Origin: Phaeosaccion multiseriatum
Taxonomy: Eukaryota; Protista; Ochrophyta, other classes
DNA length: 64,000 nt
Direction of reading: 5' to 3'
NCBI GenBank assembly: GCA_965112735.1
Contig: OZ218953.1
Coordinates: 4,774,001 to 4,838,000, forward strand
Positions 11,431-24,427 of this stretch are shown piece after piece. Within the stretch, counting starts at the first letter, position 1, and every line of letters begins with the position of its first letter. The notes below the pieces were generated by a model. It did no database searches and was not told the origin of the DNA. It worked only from the letters and a program-made list of their open reading frames with translations. Both the position numbers and the translations under genes were made by a program.

Positions 11431-13187
11431 TACCTCAAGAGCTCCAATACTGAGCCCATAAGCTCTAATATAAATCTCATTCTCCATCACCACAACACAC
11501 ACACGCGTCTACACATGGTTACAACTTACCTCAAGAGCTCCAATACTGAGCCCATAAGCTCTAATATAAATCTCAAACTCTCAGCCCCAGCAGCATACCT
11601 TGGCAACAAGATGCTCACCCTCCCCCCCCTGCTCAGTCGCACCGCACGCCGAGAAGGCTCCCAAGAGAGCGCCCTACCGGACCAGCTCTTTACCAACGGA
11701 GCCCTCAAGAGCGTCGCTGACAGCCTCAACCTCCTGCACGAGGAGGGGATCCCTGAGGCCCCCCTCATCCAAGCAGTGGGGCAGGAGCAGTTCGACGAGG
11801 CCCGGTCACGCGCACTCGAGCCGCCAGACCAACAAGCCCAAGACACAGCGCGACGCAACGTACGCAGGAGCCATCAGGCAGGCCGCCAACCGACCCACGG
11901 CGTCCAGAAGGCCCTCACCACACACATCGGCAACCGCCGCCATGAGGAGCTGACGCAGAGCATCGCCACCATCGACGTCACACCGGCAGAGGCACAGAGG
12001 GGAGAGGAGACACAGGATATGGCAGCCGCCCGACTCCACTCACAGAGAGGAAGGGGCGCCATGGCCTTCCTCGGAGCGCCCCCCCAAGGCCACAACACCA
12101 TGGCCCCAGCAGAATGGACCATGGCCCTTCGTCGCAACCTCGGCGTCAACACGCCAGACGCGGACCCGCCCCCACCCTGCCTCGGCACAGGCTGCGCCCG
12201 CACGGCAAGTACCACCCACGCCACCATCTGCCCCCGCACTGGGCTCCACAACCACACACACCACCTCCTTGTCAAGGCCTTCGGGAGGATGATGCACAGC
12301 GTGGGCATCGGAGGAGCACGCGTCGAGGACCAGACCTGCTTCGATGGCCCCACGGGCACCCGAGCAGGCCGAGACCTACGCATGGACCTCACCTATCCCG
12401 CTGGCAGCTTCCCGGGAGCGGACGCACCCCTGCGGAGAAACCTCCTCTGCGACATCACCGTCACCAACCCCACCGCCCCCACCCACGTGGGACGGGCCTC
12501 CACCACGCCAGGCCACGCAGCAGCCGCCGCCGAAGAGCGAGCGCAAGCGCACGCACTGCCTGGGTAGTTTTCTGCCCGGGACTTCAACCCTGAAGTGCAT
12601 TGCAATCGAGACGTACGGCAGAATTGGGCCACCAAACGGACGAGCTCATCGAGGCGATGGCCATCCACAAGGCATCAAGGGGGCTCGGCCCAGCAGCGGC
12701 GGCAGCCACGGGCCCCATCAAGGGCCTCCTGCGCCAACAACTGTCCCTCGCCCTTCAACGCGCCCTTTCACAGCGGGAGATCAGGTATGGCACCCTCCTT
12801 CGAGCCACGATGACGCGGCACGAAGCAGCGGAAACCCTCGACTGGGGGCTCATGGGAGCCATCGACGGAGCGGACGCCTGAGGAGCAGGAGTATACAAGA
12901 CAGCAGACATCGGGACCATCAGCACACAGCATAGCAACAACAGTTAGTCAACGACTTGTCTCTCGCACCACCCACACTAGGATAGTTCACATATCACCTC
13001 CACTTCATCTCCTCCTCCTCCCTTCACTCCCTTCCCCCTCCCCATTATCCTCTACTTCCCCCTCTACCACCATTGCCACCCTCTCCCCCTCCACATCACT
13101 CTCCATCACCACAACACACACACGCGTCTACACATGGTTACTTATTTCAAGAGCTCCAATACTGAGCCCATAAGCTCTGATATAAAT
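11431..13187 (+). mobile_element. 5'-truncated, frameshifted non-LTR retrotransposon of CRE/SLACS-like type (zinc knuckle + restriction-like endonuclease C-terminus, 3' UTR)
   Basis: ARLHS..GRGAMAFLGAPP, ALRRNLG, C-x4-C...H-x3-C knuckle, LRMDL, LLCDITVTNP, AAAAAEERK, IAIETYGRIG, QQLSLALQR. Frameshifts near 12540 and 12630; stop at 12881; no RT domain retained. Confidence 0.8.
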
Positions 13188-13522
13188 AGACACCTTAGGA
13201 GAAAAGATTCTGGCGCCAATCCACCGCGCTCTAGTAGTTCCTGAGTGACTTTTCCCTCAAGAGGAAAGAAGAAACAGAAATAAAAACAAACAAATCTGAG
13301 GGTTTGAGCAAGGGTGTGATTTGATGAGTGAAGCAAGGAAAAGCTGAAAAGAAAAAGGGTAGGATTTTTGTGAGTTTCAGCTTGTGTGATGTCGACATCA
13401 AAAATCGATACACGAAAAATCTCATCCCTGCTCATTTTTCCTCAACCTCTCTTCCTCTTTGCTTTGCTCTCTTTAGCCCCCCGGTCCCGCCCGCTGTGTC
13501 TTGGCAGAACTCGGAGTTCAGG

Positions 13523-16500
13523 ATGACGCGGCGCGGGAGAGCTTCTTCGCTGCTGTTGACGGCAACTACAGCGGCGCTGGGTAGTAGTGCATTCAGTGGT
13601 GGCATTGCGTTTGCCTTCCAGACGCATCTCCATGCGTCCTTCTCACCATCTTCATCACCCTCATCACCAGCAGTAGTAGCAGGACGAGAAGCAGTATCGA
13701 GAGCAGCAGCAGGAAGAACAGGCGGGAGATGGGTCGGTGGAGCTTCTGCAACTCGGCAGCAGAGGTGCGTTGAGTATTTGCATGAGGCTCTCTTGGAGCG
13801 AGGAGCAGAGATTTGCCTCGCGCCATGCTGCGGCACTACTGCTTCTGCCCGCACTCTGGGCCGTTCATGTCATGGTGGTAGTGGTGGTGGTTGACGGAGC
13901 CGACAAGGGAGCTTGCTGAAGCCACTGACTTGGGAGCTCCCAGGCAGAAAAGCCTCCAAGAGAGAGACTGAAGTACCACTGCCTCCTCTCTCTAGAGAGA
14001 GCCTGATGCAAAGACCACTATCTCCTCTCTCTTTTGTCTCTCCAGCAGTAGCCTGCTCATGGCAGCAGCGGCAGCGAAGGGTGACGGAGCCTTCCCAGTG
14101 GCGAAGGACCTTGACCCCAAAGACACCGGGCTGAAGGTCAGTGAAGCAAGCAATTTACACATATATGCACACACAGCGCAAACAAGAGCTAAGAGCATGC
14201 CTGGTTGGGGCGTGGGGGTGCTCCTTCAACCCCGTCTGCTGACACTGCTTTGCGAGGGTGTGGACCTACACGGAAGCACAGGATGTCAGTCATGCTTGCG
14301 GCCTTGTCCCTGCCCACCCCACTCCTTCGACAGTACTAAAGAGCAAAGGAAGACGGGTCTTTGACTTATCCTCCCACCCCTACCGCAACACTGCTTTTAC
14401 GCGCTGCATCTCCCTCTCTCTCTCTCCTCTCTCTCCCCTCCCTGTCCCTCTCCCCCCCTGCCTCTGGTCTCTCTCCCTCTCTCGCTCCCCTCTGTCTCTC
14501 CCCTCCCCCCCCCACCTCTCTCTCTCCCTCGCTCCTCTGCACAGGTGACCCCCACATCCTGGAAGTGGCCCCCTACTTGGCCCTACACGGACGACTACTT
14601 CGACAGAGAGAATGAGGAGGAGGACGCCAAGTTCTATGAGCAAGCGCGCCCCAGGGAGGAGGGCGCGGTCTTCCCGCCAGAGGCAGTGGTGAGGGGGAGG
14701 AGGAGGAGCAGGAGGAGGAGGAGGAGGAGGCATGGGTGGAGGTGGGGGGGGGGCTGGGAAAGCGAGACGGAGAGAGAGGCGCACACAATTCGAGTCAGAG
14801 CTCTGTGCCTGAGCTGCGCCTCCCGCCCTCTGCCGCCACTGAGTGTACGCCAATGCGCATCTTTCCCCCTGCCCCCTCTTGTGCCCCCCTCCCTTCCCCC
14901 CTGCGCCCTGTGCCTATGCCCAGGCCCTCCTCAACACGCACTATGAGCGCTTCATCCCCGAGGGGGCTCACGTGCTGGACATAGGCGCCTCGTACGAGAG
15001 CTACCTGCCCCAGGGGCTTCTCGTCCCGGGGGGGGAGGTGACGGGGGTGGGCATGAACGCGGAGGAGATGGCAGCCAATGCGGTCCTCAAGAACAAAGTC
15101 ACGCTAGACCTCAACGCTAGAGAGGTGGGTGAGCCCAGCCCCAGGGGTCCTGGGAGGTGGGACTTACGTGAGGTTATGTGAGAGAGTGAGGGGGAGAGAG
15201 GTAGAGGAAGAGACCATGAGGGAGAGGCAGAGGGATAGAGAGCGTGTGTTTGTCAGAGCAAAAGGCCTGGACGAGAGGGAGGCAGGGATGGCAGCGCATG
15301 GGGAGGGAGGGACGGCCCCCGCCAGTACAGAGAGACGAGCGAGCAGGGAAGGCGGACGACCCGTCGAAGTCACAGTCACAGCACAGCCGTTGCAAGTGTG
15401 TGTGTCTGAGCTGAGCATGCTCTCACGTGCCTCGTTTGCTTCGCTCCTCATCCTCAAACATTCGTTGCTGTGCATCTTTCAAATTGAACTTCCTTGTCTT
15501 CCTCCTCCCCCCCCCCCAGGACGGTGAGGGCCTCTCCGCCGCTGCCGTGCGCCTGCCCTTCGAAGACAACACGTTTGACGCGTGTGTGGTGACAAACTCC
15601 ATCGAGTTCTTCATCAACCCCCGCAACGTTATGCGCGAGGCCTACAGGGTGCTCAAGCCCTCAGGAGTGGCCATGGTGGTCTTCACCAACGCGGGGTAAG
15701 GGAGCATGGGAGTGGATAGGGAGATGGAGGGAGGGACACACTTACGACCGACGGAAGGGCAGGGTAGCAGGCTAGTCGGCGGTCGCTTCCTCCCTCCTGC
15801 GAGTGGTTTCCCTCATCGCGTTCTCTCTCCCGTTGTCTGTGCCGCGCCTCTGCCCACCCCTATGCCTGCCCTACACGTCTGTCTACCCCACTCCCTCCTC
15901 CTCCTCCTTCTGCCCCCCCAAATCCCCCCTCCCCCCCCCCTCCTCTAACGGTAGGGCCTACGAGCAGTTCAAGAGCAAGCAGGCCTCCATGTGGCAGACC
16001 ATGAACGACGCGCAGCACATGTGGGTGGTGGGTTCGTACTTCAAGTTCTCAGCTGGCGACGGCTGGGACGAGCTCAAGGGGTACGACCTCAGCCTCGAGG
16101 AGGGCAAGAGCGGGTAAGGCACTGGGCCAGGGTGAATGGCAGTGGATGTGGTGACCGAAGCCCGAAGCAGCTTCTTGGCACGCTCGAAACGTACGCCATG
16201 TCTTTTGCTCTCCCTCCTGCTCTCTTCTTTTTCTCTCTCGCTCTCTCCCCTCTCCTCTACTTCGTTTCTCTCTGCGCTCTCTCCCCCTTCCCTCCCGTCT
16301 CACCCCCCACCCCCTCCCTCTTCTCAGCGTGTTCGTAGTGCAAGCCACCAAGACAAGGCCCCCAGACGAGTCCGACGTGCTCAACTCAATGCGCAACAAG
16401 ATGCTCTCCACCGCGCAGTTCATGAACACGGAGGACGTGGACTTCGTGGCCAACAGGCTCGCTACCGAGTATGAGACGGCGGAGACCGACGAGGGCCGCA

Positions 16501-16821
16501 AGAGGGCCTCTGACGCGGTCAGGAACGCCGATCAAGTCTACAAGTGCATAAGTGAGTAGGGAGGAGGGGAAACGAAACGGATTTTGTGTTGGAGAGGAAA
16601 CTGACCAAAGAATTTGCTTTGTTTGCTTGCTGCGCGGCCTCTGGTTTTTGCGAGGGGAGGAGAGGGAGGGAAGGGGCGAGTTAAAAGAGCAACTCGTCGG
16701 CCCACCAGCAGCCACGCGAGGATGATGCCCACCTTTCATGCCCAAGTAATCATGTCCTCCTTCCTCTCTCTCCCCTCCCCTCCCCTCTCCCTCCCCCCCC
16801 TCCACCCCCCTCCCATCTGCG

Positions 16822-16858
<37 letters not shown>

Positions 16859-18088
16859 CCACAACCTCAACTTCCAACACCAGTGGGCCTCCCCGCCACC
16901 GTGCTCTCCCCCCAGTTCCGCGCGATGCTTGCCTGCCGCCTTGCTCTGGACTGGAGCGGCTCAGAGGCGCAACAGAACGGACTCAAGGAGGGACTCGGCC
17001 TCATGGACCCCAGCCCAGAGCTGTGGAAGCCCCTCGGAGAGGCCACGCTCAACATGGATCCGGAGGATAAGGTCTGTGTGTGGGTGTGTGTGGGTGTGTG
17101 TGGGTGGGTGTGCGTAGGTGCGTGCGTGTGTGTGTCCGGGCGGAGGATGTCCTCATGCACCCTGCCTAACTCCGCTCAAGTCTCGATGTCATGTTATGCC
17201 CACACCAGGTGATCCTGCTGTCCGACGTGGTGCGTGCCATTGGCCTCGGAGGAGAGTGCGTCGACGCCGTCATGGACATCAAGGACCTTTTCCCCAAGGT
17301 GAGTGTAGTGAGGACGTATAGTGGGTGATGTGTGTGTGTGAGCGGTGTCCACCCTCCCCCCCCCCCCTTTTCCTCCTCAACCAACCAATGAATGCCCTGT
17401 TGCCCTGCCTTTGACTCAACCGACACCTCTGCCCTTGACCCACCTGACACCTGACACCTAGTATCTCATACCTCTCCTCTCTTCTCCCTTCCTCTCCTCT
17501 CCTCTCCTCTTCCTTCCCGTCCCCTGCGCTCCTCTCCCCCCCCTTCCTCTCTCCTCTCCTCTCCTCTCCTCTGCCCGTCCCCCCCCAATGCGCCCTGTAG
17601 GTGGCTGCCGTGCTGCGCGCTAAGAACCCCACATGGCCCGACGCCAACGTGGAGCTCATGACTGTTGACCTCATGACAACGGATTACTTCGAGCAGCCCA
17701 AGGAGAAGAGGGACTCCTTCGTCCAATGGCTCGAGGGGGTGGAGCCGCTACAGGTGGGTTGGTGGGTCGGTGGGGGTGTGTATATGTGTATGGCTGCGCG
17801 TGTATGTGTTTTTCGTGTGTGTATGTGTGTGTGCCTGTGTCTACGTGTACCCTACCGCTCCACCTTCTCGTAACTCTCAATGTCCTTCGTACTTTGGCCC
17901 CTTTCCCCCTCCCATCCCTCTCCCTCCCTCTCTCTCTCTCTCCCTTCCCCTTCTGATCCATGTAGTACGAGCAATGGCTCTTCGCCCGACAGTCGTACAA
18001 GCTCAAAGCGGAAGCCTTGGAGCAGGCGGAGGAGTTGAAGAGGGAGGAAGAGGAGAAGAAGGGTGGAGGCAAAAAGGAGAAGAAGTGA
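13523..18088 (+). CDS. Plastid-targeted class I SAM-dependent methyltransferase (Methyltransf_11-like) with C-terminal extension, ~11 exons
   Basis: Bipartite N-terminus (...GIAFA-FQ), DYFDRENEEEDAKFY, HVLDIGASYESYLP, VTGVGMNAEEMAANAVL, LPFEDNTFDA, SIEFFINP..VMREAYRVLKPSG. Confidence 0.85.
16822..16862. repeat. (AAC)n microsatellite in an intron
   Basis: Direct reading. Confidence 0.95.
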
Positions 18089-19007
18089 GGTGGGCAAGGG
18101 GTGCGTCGCAAATCTCGGCGCTCACTTTGGGATAGGAGGAGGGAAGAGCGAGAGAGGCAGCCCGGCCGAGGCGCAAGAGCGAAGGCAGAGTGCAGGTACA
18201 CACGCGTGTGGTGTGGCGTATGATGAAAGCGCTCACGTGGGCATCAAAATGGGCCCTCCCTTTGGGGGGGTAACTACTTGGGCAAGGGCAGGGGGAGGGG
18301 GGGGGGGTAGGACATGATAAAAAAGACTACTCAAAAACACAGGCCCCCCTCGCAGCAAGAAGAAAAAAACATTAAAATTAATTCAATACTTACACTTTTA
18401 CACGTCTCGTCTCGCACGTCGGGATGGTGTTCTCTCCCCCCTCTCCCGCTTCGCCTCTATATTGTCTCGCTACTCAGTGAAGGGAAGTCAAGTCTACAAC
18501 AGATAAGGGGGGGGTCCGAAAACGTCTGCTCTCTTACGAGCGACGGTTCCCTCTTCTCCCTCCCCTCCAGCCTCACACGCCGCCACACTGCTGAGGACTT
18601 CCTTTTTACTTTTAAAACAAGAACAAGCGCGTCACTGTACCCGGGCGTGGTCTCAAGAGCTGAGCAGTAGCACTGAGCAAAAGCGGCTCTCTCTACATGC
18701 TCTAATAACTGCATGACGTGCAGCACAGCACACCATACCTCGCTCTCTGGTCCACACATGGGGGGGGACAGAGCAACGCGCGACAGGGATTGGCTTAGCT
18801 GCCTTAGGAGTGGAGCAAAGGCGTGGTGTACCGCTCTCCTGCGGTGCTCAGAGTCCCCATCCACTGCCATCCCTCCGCAGCCCCCCCTCCCTCACCTCAA
18901 CAAAGGGAGAGAGCGAGAGCGCGCCATGGGGAAAGCATCACACCTCACACTCACTTAGCTCGAGGCCAGGCCAGGTCCGGCCAGGGGGGGCAAGACACAA
19001 GGCAGGG

Positions 19008-19041
<34 letters not shown>

Positions 19042-19145
19042 AATACACTACGTCCGCCACACCCTCGCTCCCAATTGAAGCAAATTTCGCAGTTGCTCCA
19101 TGGATCTGTGCTCAATCGATGTGGGCTGCAAATTGGTGTAGGGCA

Positions 19146-22100
19146 TTACGTGTGCTGTGCCCTCGCCCGGTTGAGGTACTCCCCCAGCGACAAGCCCTTC
19201 CTGCTCCTGTCCGGAGCCCCTGCTCCTGCCCTTCCTCCCCCTCCGCCTCCTTCCAGGCCCTGTTGCAGCCTCTCCCTCTTGCCCTCCCTCTTCTCCCTTG
19301 CCTTCTCCACGAGCTCCGCTGCTTGCTTCTCCCCCGCCTCCACGACGTCCCTCCCCTCGAAGCTGTGCACATGCTGCAGCTGCGTCCCTTGCGTCCGCGG
19401 GGTGGGGCTCTTTTCTGTAACCGCAGAATCGTTGTCGCCTGCCGCCGGAGCGCTAATGGACAAACGAGGCACCCCCACCACCCCATCTCCATTGAGATTC
19501 GGTGGCTCCCCGGACTCCTTGCTCTCCTCCACTCCATCGCCATCCGCATCGCCATTGTCTTCTGCTGCCATCCCCCCCTTGGTGCCCTCTGCAGGCTTGG
19601 TGCCCACAGACCACAGGATCTTTGGCTTGCAGGCCCGCCGCGAGAAGGGGTCGAACTTCACCTCCTTCACCGCCCCAGACTCCTCCAACTCCGCCTCCTT
19701 CTTGCGCCTGTTGAGGGGGGGGTTGATTGATCCATGCATCCATCCATACCGAAGAGATACATTGATAAGAGACTGAAGAGAGCAGGTAGGAAGGCCCGGA
19801 GGGAGGGGACAAGCGAGCGTGCTTTAGACGCCCCCGTCTCTGTCTGCCCACTCCGCCTTCCCTCTCCCTGTCCCCCCCCCCCCCCCCTTACTCACTGCTT
19901 GGCCCTTGCGAAGTCCATGTTGTTGTTGTGCGTCTTGGCCTGCGCGTTGAGGCGCCGCATCTTCTCCCCCGCCGCCTTGAAGCCGAACATACGTGTCGAG
20001 TCCTGGTCCTGCAGCAGAGACAGCTTCGACTGGATCTGAGAGAGGGGCAAAAGGGCGGGGGTAAGATCCTTGTCTTGTCTTGTAGCAGAGAGGTTAAGAA
20101 TCATACGCAACATGACTGACAGGCTGAGCTGAGCTGAGCCCTCTCCTTCTCCTTCTCGCTTGTCGCCTCTCGCTCTCTCGGACGGAAGGAAGCAAGGAAG
20201 GCCCCGAACGAAGGCAACTGAGCAATTCAGTGCCCAAGTGCCCACACGCGACACGCAACAATCCCTTACTGACTTACCTCCAAGACGGCGTCCGAATTGT
20301 CCTCATTCTTGGCCACCTCGAGTCTGTTCATGAGCTTGATGCGCGCAAGGGCAACGTTCTTCATGGCGCCCTTGCCGCGCGACTCGTTCTGCTGCACCAT
20401 GGCCTTCACCTCCTCGGTGGAGTACTCGTGGGAGGTCAGGCACTTGGACATGTTGCTTCTCCGCGACTCGAGCTCCTCCCTGCCGGGCATGGTTGTCCTC
20501 GCCTCCCTCAGGGCTTCCTTGTATACCTCCACCTCTCGAGGGGTGAAGCGGGAGTTGCTCACGATATCCATGCGCATCACCTTGTGGTTAAAGGTAGAGA
20601 ATTGAACGTTAACAGGGACTAACGAGGTGTTAAGGACAGGGTTTGACATCGACAGCGACAGCGGTTAACAAGGGTTTAAGGGGGTCGAAGCAGGGCTAAA
20701 GAGGGTAAACACAAATACATATCCCCCCTTTAACGCCCCACTATTCACTCCACATAGCTATGCCTCACCCTCTCCGCCTTTCCGTGGCGACATACGAGGC
20801 CCCTGTCCGTCTTGTGCTGCCCAAGCTTGTATTGCTTGCCCCCCCTGATGGCGCCCACCCCGCCCACCTCGCACATGCGGTACACGGCCTTGTCTTCCCG
20901 CTTGCCCACGAATACCTTGACGAAGAGTCCCTTCACGGCCTTCTCGAAGAAGGGCTCGTCTACGTACTTCTCCAGCATCATTCGCATGAGGCGGCACCTG
21001 GGGGGGAGGGGGGGGGGGTGCCAGGACCGAGAGAGATCGTGTGTGTGTCAGGATGGTGAGTAGTGACTGTCAGTGAGACAGGAAGTCTGCCCCTCGGCCC
21101 CTACCATACCTGTTAATGTCGTCGAGGTTGGCGGCTTCCTCCTCGTCCTCCTCCCCCTCCCGGGGCCTCCCCCTGCCCGCCTCGGAGCGGCTGCTGTCCG
21201 AGCTGCTCCCTGACGACGGGCTGCGACTGCTCCTCCTCCGCTGTTTGCTGCTCGTCTGCTTGCTCCTCTCCAGCCGCCTCCTCCTCGCGGCTGCCCTGTG
21301 CCCTTGCCCGGCCTCGCTGCCGTCACTGTCATCTTCACTCGAGTCCTCATCAGATAACATCCTCCTGCCCCTGCCCCTGGTCTTCTGCTGCGTGCTCCCT
21401 CCCCCTCCTCCACTCCTGTCACCGCTGTCGTCGCTCTCTGACCCCAGTCTCCTCCTCCTCCTCCCTCCTCCGCCTTCCCCTCTCCTCTGACTGCTGCTGC
21501 TGACCCCCTTTCCTCCTCCTCCTTTCTCCTTCCCATCGCGACCGTCCCCCCTCCTCTCTGCTGCAGGCTCTCCATCCTCCGACGAGTCCGAGCCCTCTTG
21601 CACTGCCTTCCTTCGCCTCCTCGCGGGCCTCCTCCCGTTCCCCCCTCTGCCGTCCCCTGCAGAGTCGCTATCGCTGGACTCCTCCAGCAAAGCCTTGGCA
21701 GCTGCTGCAGCGACCTTGCCCCCGTCATCATCGTCATCATCGTCATCATCGTCGTCATCGCTCTCGAGTTGTCTTCGAGGCTTGGTCCCACTCCCACTGC
21801 CTCCTCTGCCATTCGCCTTTGCTTTGTCCTCTGTCTGCTGCTTGCCCTTCCCCCCCCCTCCTCCGTCGCTGCTGTCGCCACCCTCCTCGTCACTGCTGAG
21901 ATTCATGGCGTTCTGCTGCTGCCTTTCTCTCGCTCGAGCTGCCACAGAGGACAGCTTGCCCGCCTTGGGCTCGGGCACAGGTTTCCGCGCGGACGCTTTG
22001 CCCCCCCCCGCTGACTTGCCCTTGCCCGCCCCCCTGCCGCCCCCCTCCGCCTGCAGCCTCTTCTGCAGGGCCTGCTTCTCGATCCACTCGTTTCTCTTTT

Positions 22101-23091
22101 CGTATCTGTAAGGGGTGTCAGGACAGGGCATGGGTGGGTGGGGATGTTGATCAGAGGAGATTGGGGCTGCTTTCGCAGTTGCTGCTGCTCGCGGTGTAGA
22201 TGCTGTGCCCTCTCCGGTCTCACTCTGGCCCCCAGGTGGGCAGATCAGCAGCGTGTGCACCTCTCTAGCCTCTTCCCTCCCTCCTGCCCCTTTCTCACCG
22301 CTGCGTGAGGATGTTCTCTCTCTCCACCTCCGCCATGGTGGCCAAGTTACGCCTATCCTCCTCATCTCCCATCAAGTCCTCCTCGAATCCGTCTTCGAAG
22401 ACCCCGTCTTCCCCCTCCCGACCACTGCCGTCCCCCTCCCCCCCTCCTTCGCCGTCGTCATCGGAGCTGTTTGAGTCATCGTTCGCTTGCTTGCGGCCCT
22501 TCCCCTTCCCCTTCCCCTTGCCTGCCGAAGTGGTCTTGGTCTTTGGCGATCGAGAGAGAGAGAGAGAAGTGAGAGAGACAGGCAGACAGGCGGGGCGGTG
22601 GGCAGATGAGGACTGGGCGACGGGACAATCGGCCATCGACGATCTTGACCAGTACAGTACCGTACAACACCGCCGGGTTAGAGCGCAGCTCCCCCCACAC
22701 GCCTGATGGGCTCTCAACACAGACAGACACACGCACCTCTGTAATCTCCCCCTCCTCCTCGTCGCCACTGTCGTCACTGTCACCATCGTCGTGGTCAGCA
22801 GCAGCGGCCGCGGCTTTGGCAGCCGCGGCGGCCTTCTTGGCTGCAGCTCCTCCCTTGCCGGCCTTTCCTCCCGAGGCCGCCGCCCCTCCCTTGCCAGCCT
22901 TCCCCCCCTTGGCAGCAGACCCCGCCGCCGAGGATGACTTCTTCTGAGGTGTCTTACGCGTGCTGCGAAAAAAGACAAAAGAGTCATCGCATCGTGCGGA
23001 CAAGAGAAGGGAGGGGCATGGGTGTTAATCGATCGACTCAAGCAATCCAACTGGGCCATACTTCGCCAGGGGCAATGGCGGAGAGGAAAAC

Positions 23092-23158
<67 letters not shown>

Positions 23159-23610
23159 TCTAACAGGCAGTTTGGAGGGTGAGAGGAAGTCCAGAACAAC
23201 AAAGGGCTACACCATCGGGGGGGGGGTGGACCGCAAGTGCGCATTGGTCAGAGGGGCGGATGGAGCACGGAAGGTAGAGCCAATTCCACTTGGTACTGCA
23301 ACTAAACTGATGCTTGCGAACGCGCGGGGCAACCCATAGCCGAGTTTGGAAAGCTTCCCCCCCCTATCACAGCTCATACACCGGTTCATCCTTCCAACAC
23401 CCTCCGCCCCCTCTCTTCCACTCGTCACTCGTCACTTGTTCCTCCCGGCCGCCCCCCCGCCCTCTCTCCTTCCACGCTCCACGCCCCCGCGCCTTACCTT
23501 GCAGGCTTCTTCTTCGGCGGAGCAGGGGCCGCAGTAGCTGCTGCTGTCACGGCCTTTGTATCGTCGTCCTCGCCCTCCCGAGACCGCTTCATCGCGAGTC
23601 GCATACTCAT
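19146..23610 (-). CDS. RTF1: RNA polymerase II-associated PAF1 complex subunit Rtf1 (HMD + Plus3 domain), multi-exon
   Basis: DGFEEDLMGDEEDRRNLATMAEVERENILTQR (HMD); EPFFEKAVKGLFVKVFVG..VYRMCEV..YKLG..LVCRHGKAER-VMRMDIVSNSRFT (Plus3); FDPFSRRACKPKILWSV at the C-terminus. Confidence 0.92.
23096..23151. repeat. (GA)n microsatellite
   Basis: Direct reading. Confidence 0.95.
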
Positions 23611-23841
23611 CTTGAAAAAGCGCTCTCGAAAAAAACGAAAGGCAGAGGAAGATGGAGAGTATTATGGAAAAGTAGGAGACGGAAGAGATGACAAGGACCG
23701 ATGGGAGAAGCTTACGTTCACCCCGCGGCGGTGCTCTAGAGCTACAGTAGGTGCCAAGGCCAAGGCGCCCGGGGGGGAGGCAGTTTCAGGTTCAGTTGCA
23801 TGCATCGCCAACTTCCGGGCCGACGGTCTACCGTATTAAAA

Positions 23842-23922
23842 CCCTGACGCGCTATCCGCTATCGCCGGCGCCAGGCGGCGAGCTATCTGCTATCGGGGGG
23901 GCCCGATAGCGTGCTATCGAGA
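23842..23922. repeat. One-ended relative of the 7117-7207 MITE-like element
   Basis: CCCTGACGCGCTATCCGCTATC and CCGATAGCGTGCTATCGAGA each match the element at 7122 and 7160 with one mismatch. Confidence 0.7.
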
Positions 23923-24427
23923 GTCATGTATGGCGTTCGTACCATGTATTCACAACGAACGTCTTCCGAAAAAAAAACTCCATTCCTCTTCGAATCGAGG
24001 ACAATGAAGTCCCAGACATGAACAATCCCTAGTGAGTACACAAAAAGAGTCGTAACCCTCTTCAAACGGGGGGGAGGGAAGGGAATGACAAATCGCCACT
24101 TTCTTCCTTCCCCTTCCGCCCCGTCACTATATATATACACGTGCAGCAGCCAGCCGTGCAGCAGCCCCCTTCCCTCCGCAAGCCGCACTCCTCTCGGTGA
24201 GTCCGTCAAAAAGAACAAAGACCCCTCCAGAGGCGGCACAGAGGCGGCGAGCGAGCGCCAAACGTCCTTCCCCCTCCCTGCCCATCGCTGCCCGACATTT
24301 CCCGGCCCTCCCGCTGCTGCTGTATCACCAACTGCTACTGTGTCACCACATACTACTGTCACACCAACTCCTGCTCCCCCTTTCACCGACTGCTGTAGTG
24401 TCACCATGTCACCAACTGCTGTGCCCT

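Noticed and set aside
11431-11575. Block A as a spliced-leader exon (reverse complement ends GAG|GT; CRE elements target SL genes in trypanosomes)
   Set aside because: No Sm-binding site downstream on that strand, the third copy lacks the GT, and there is no SL array. Not supportable without transcript data.
20600-20712. Telomere-like AGGGTTT variants in an Rtf1 intron
   Set aside because: Only scattered degenerate units, no tandem run.
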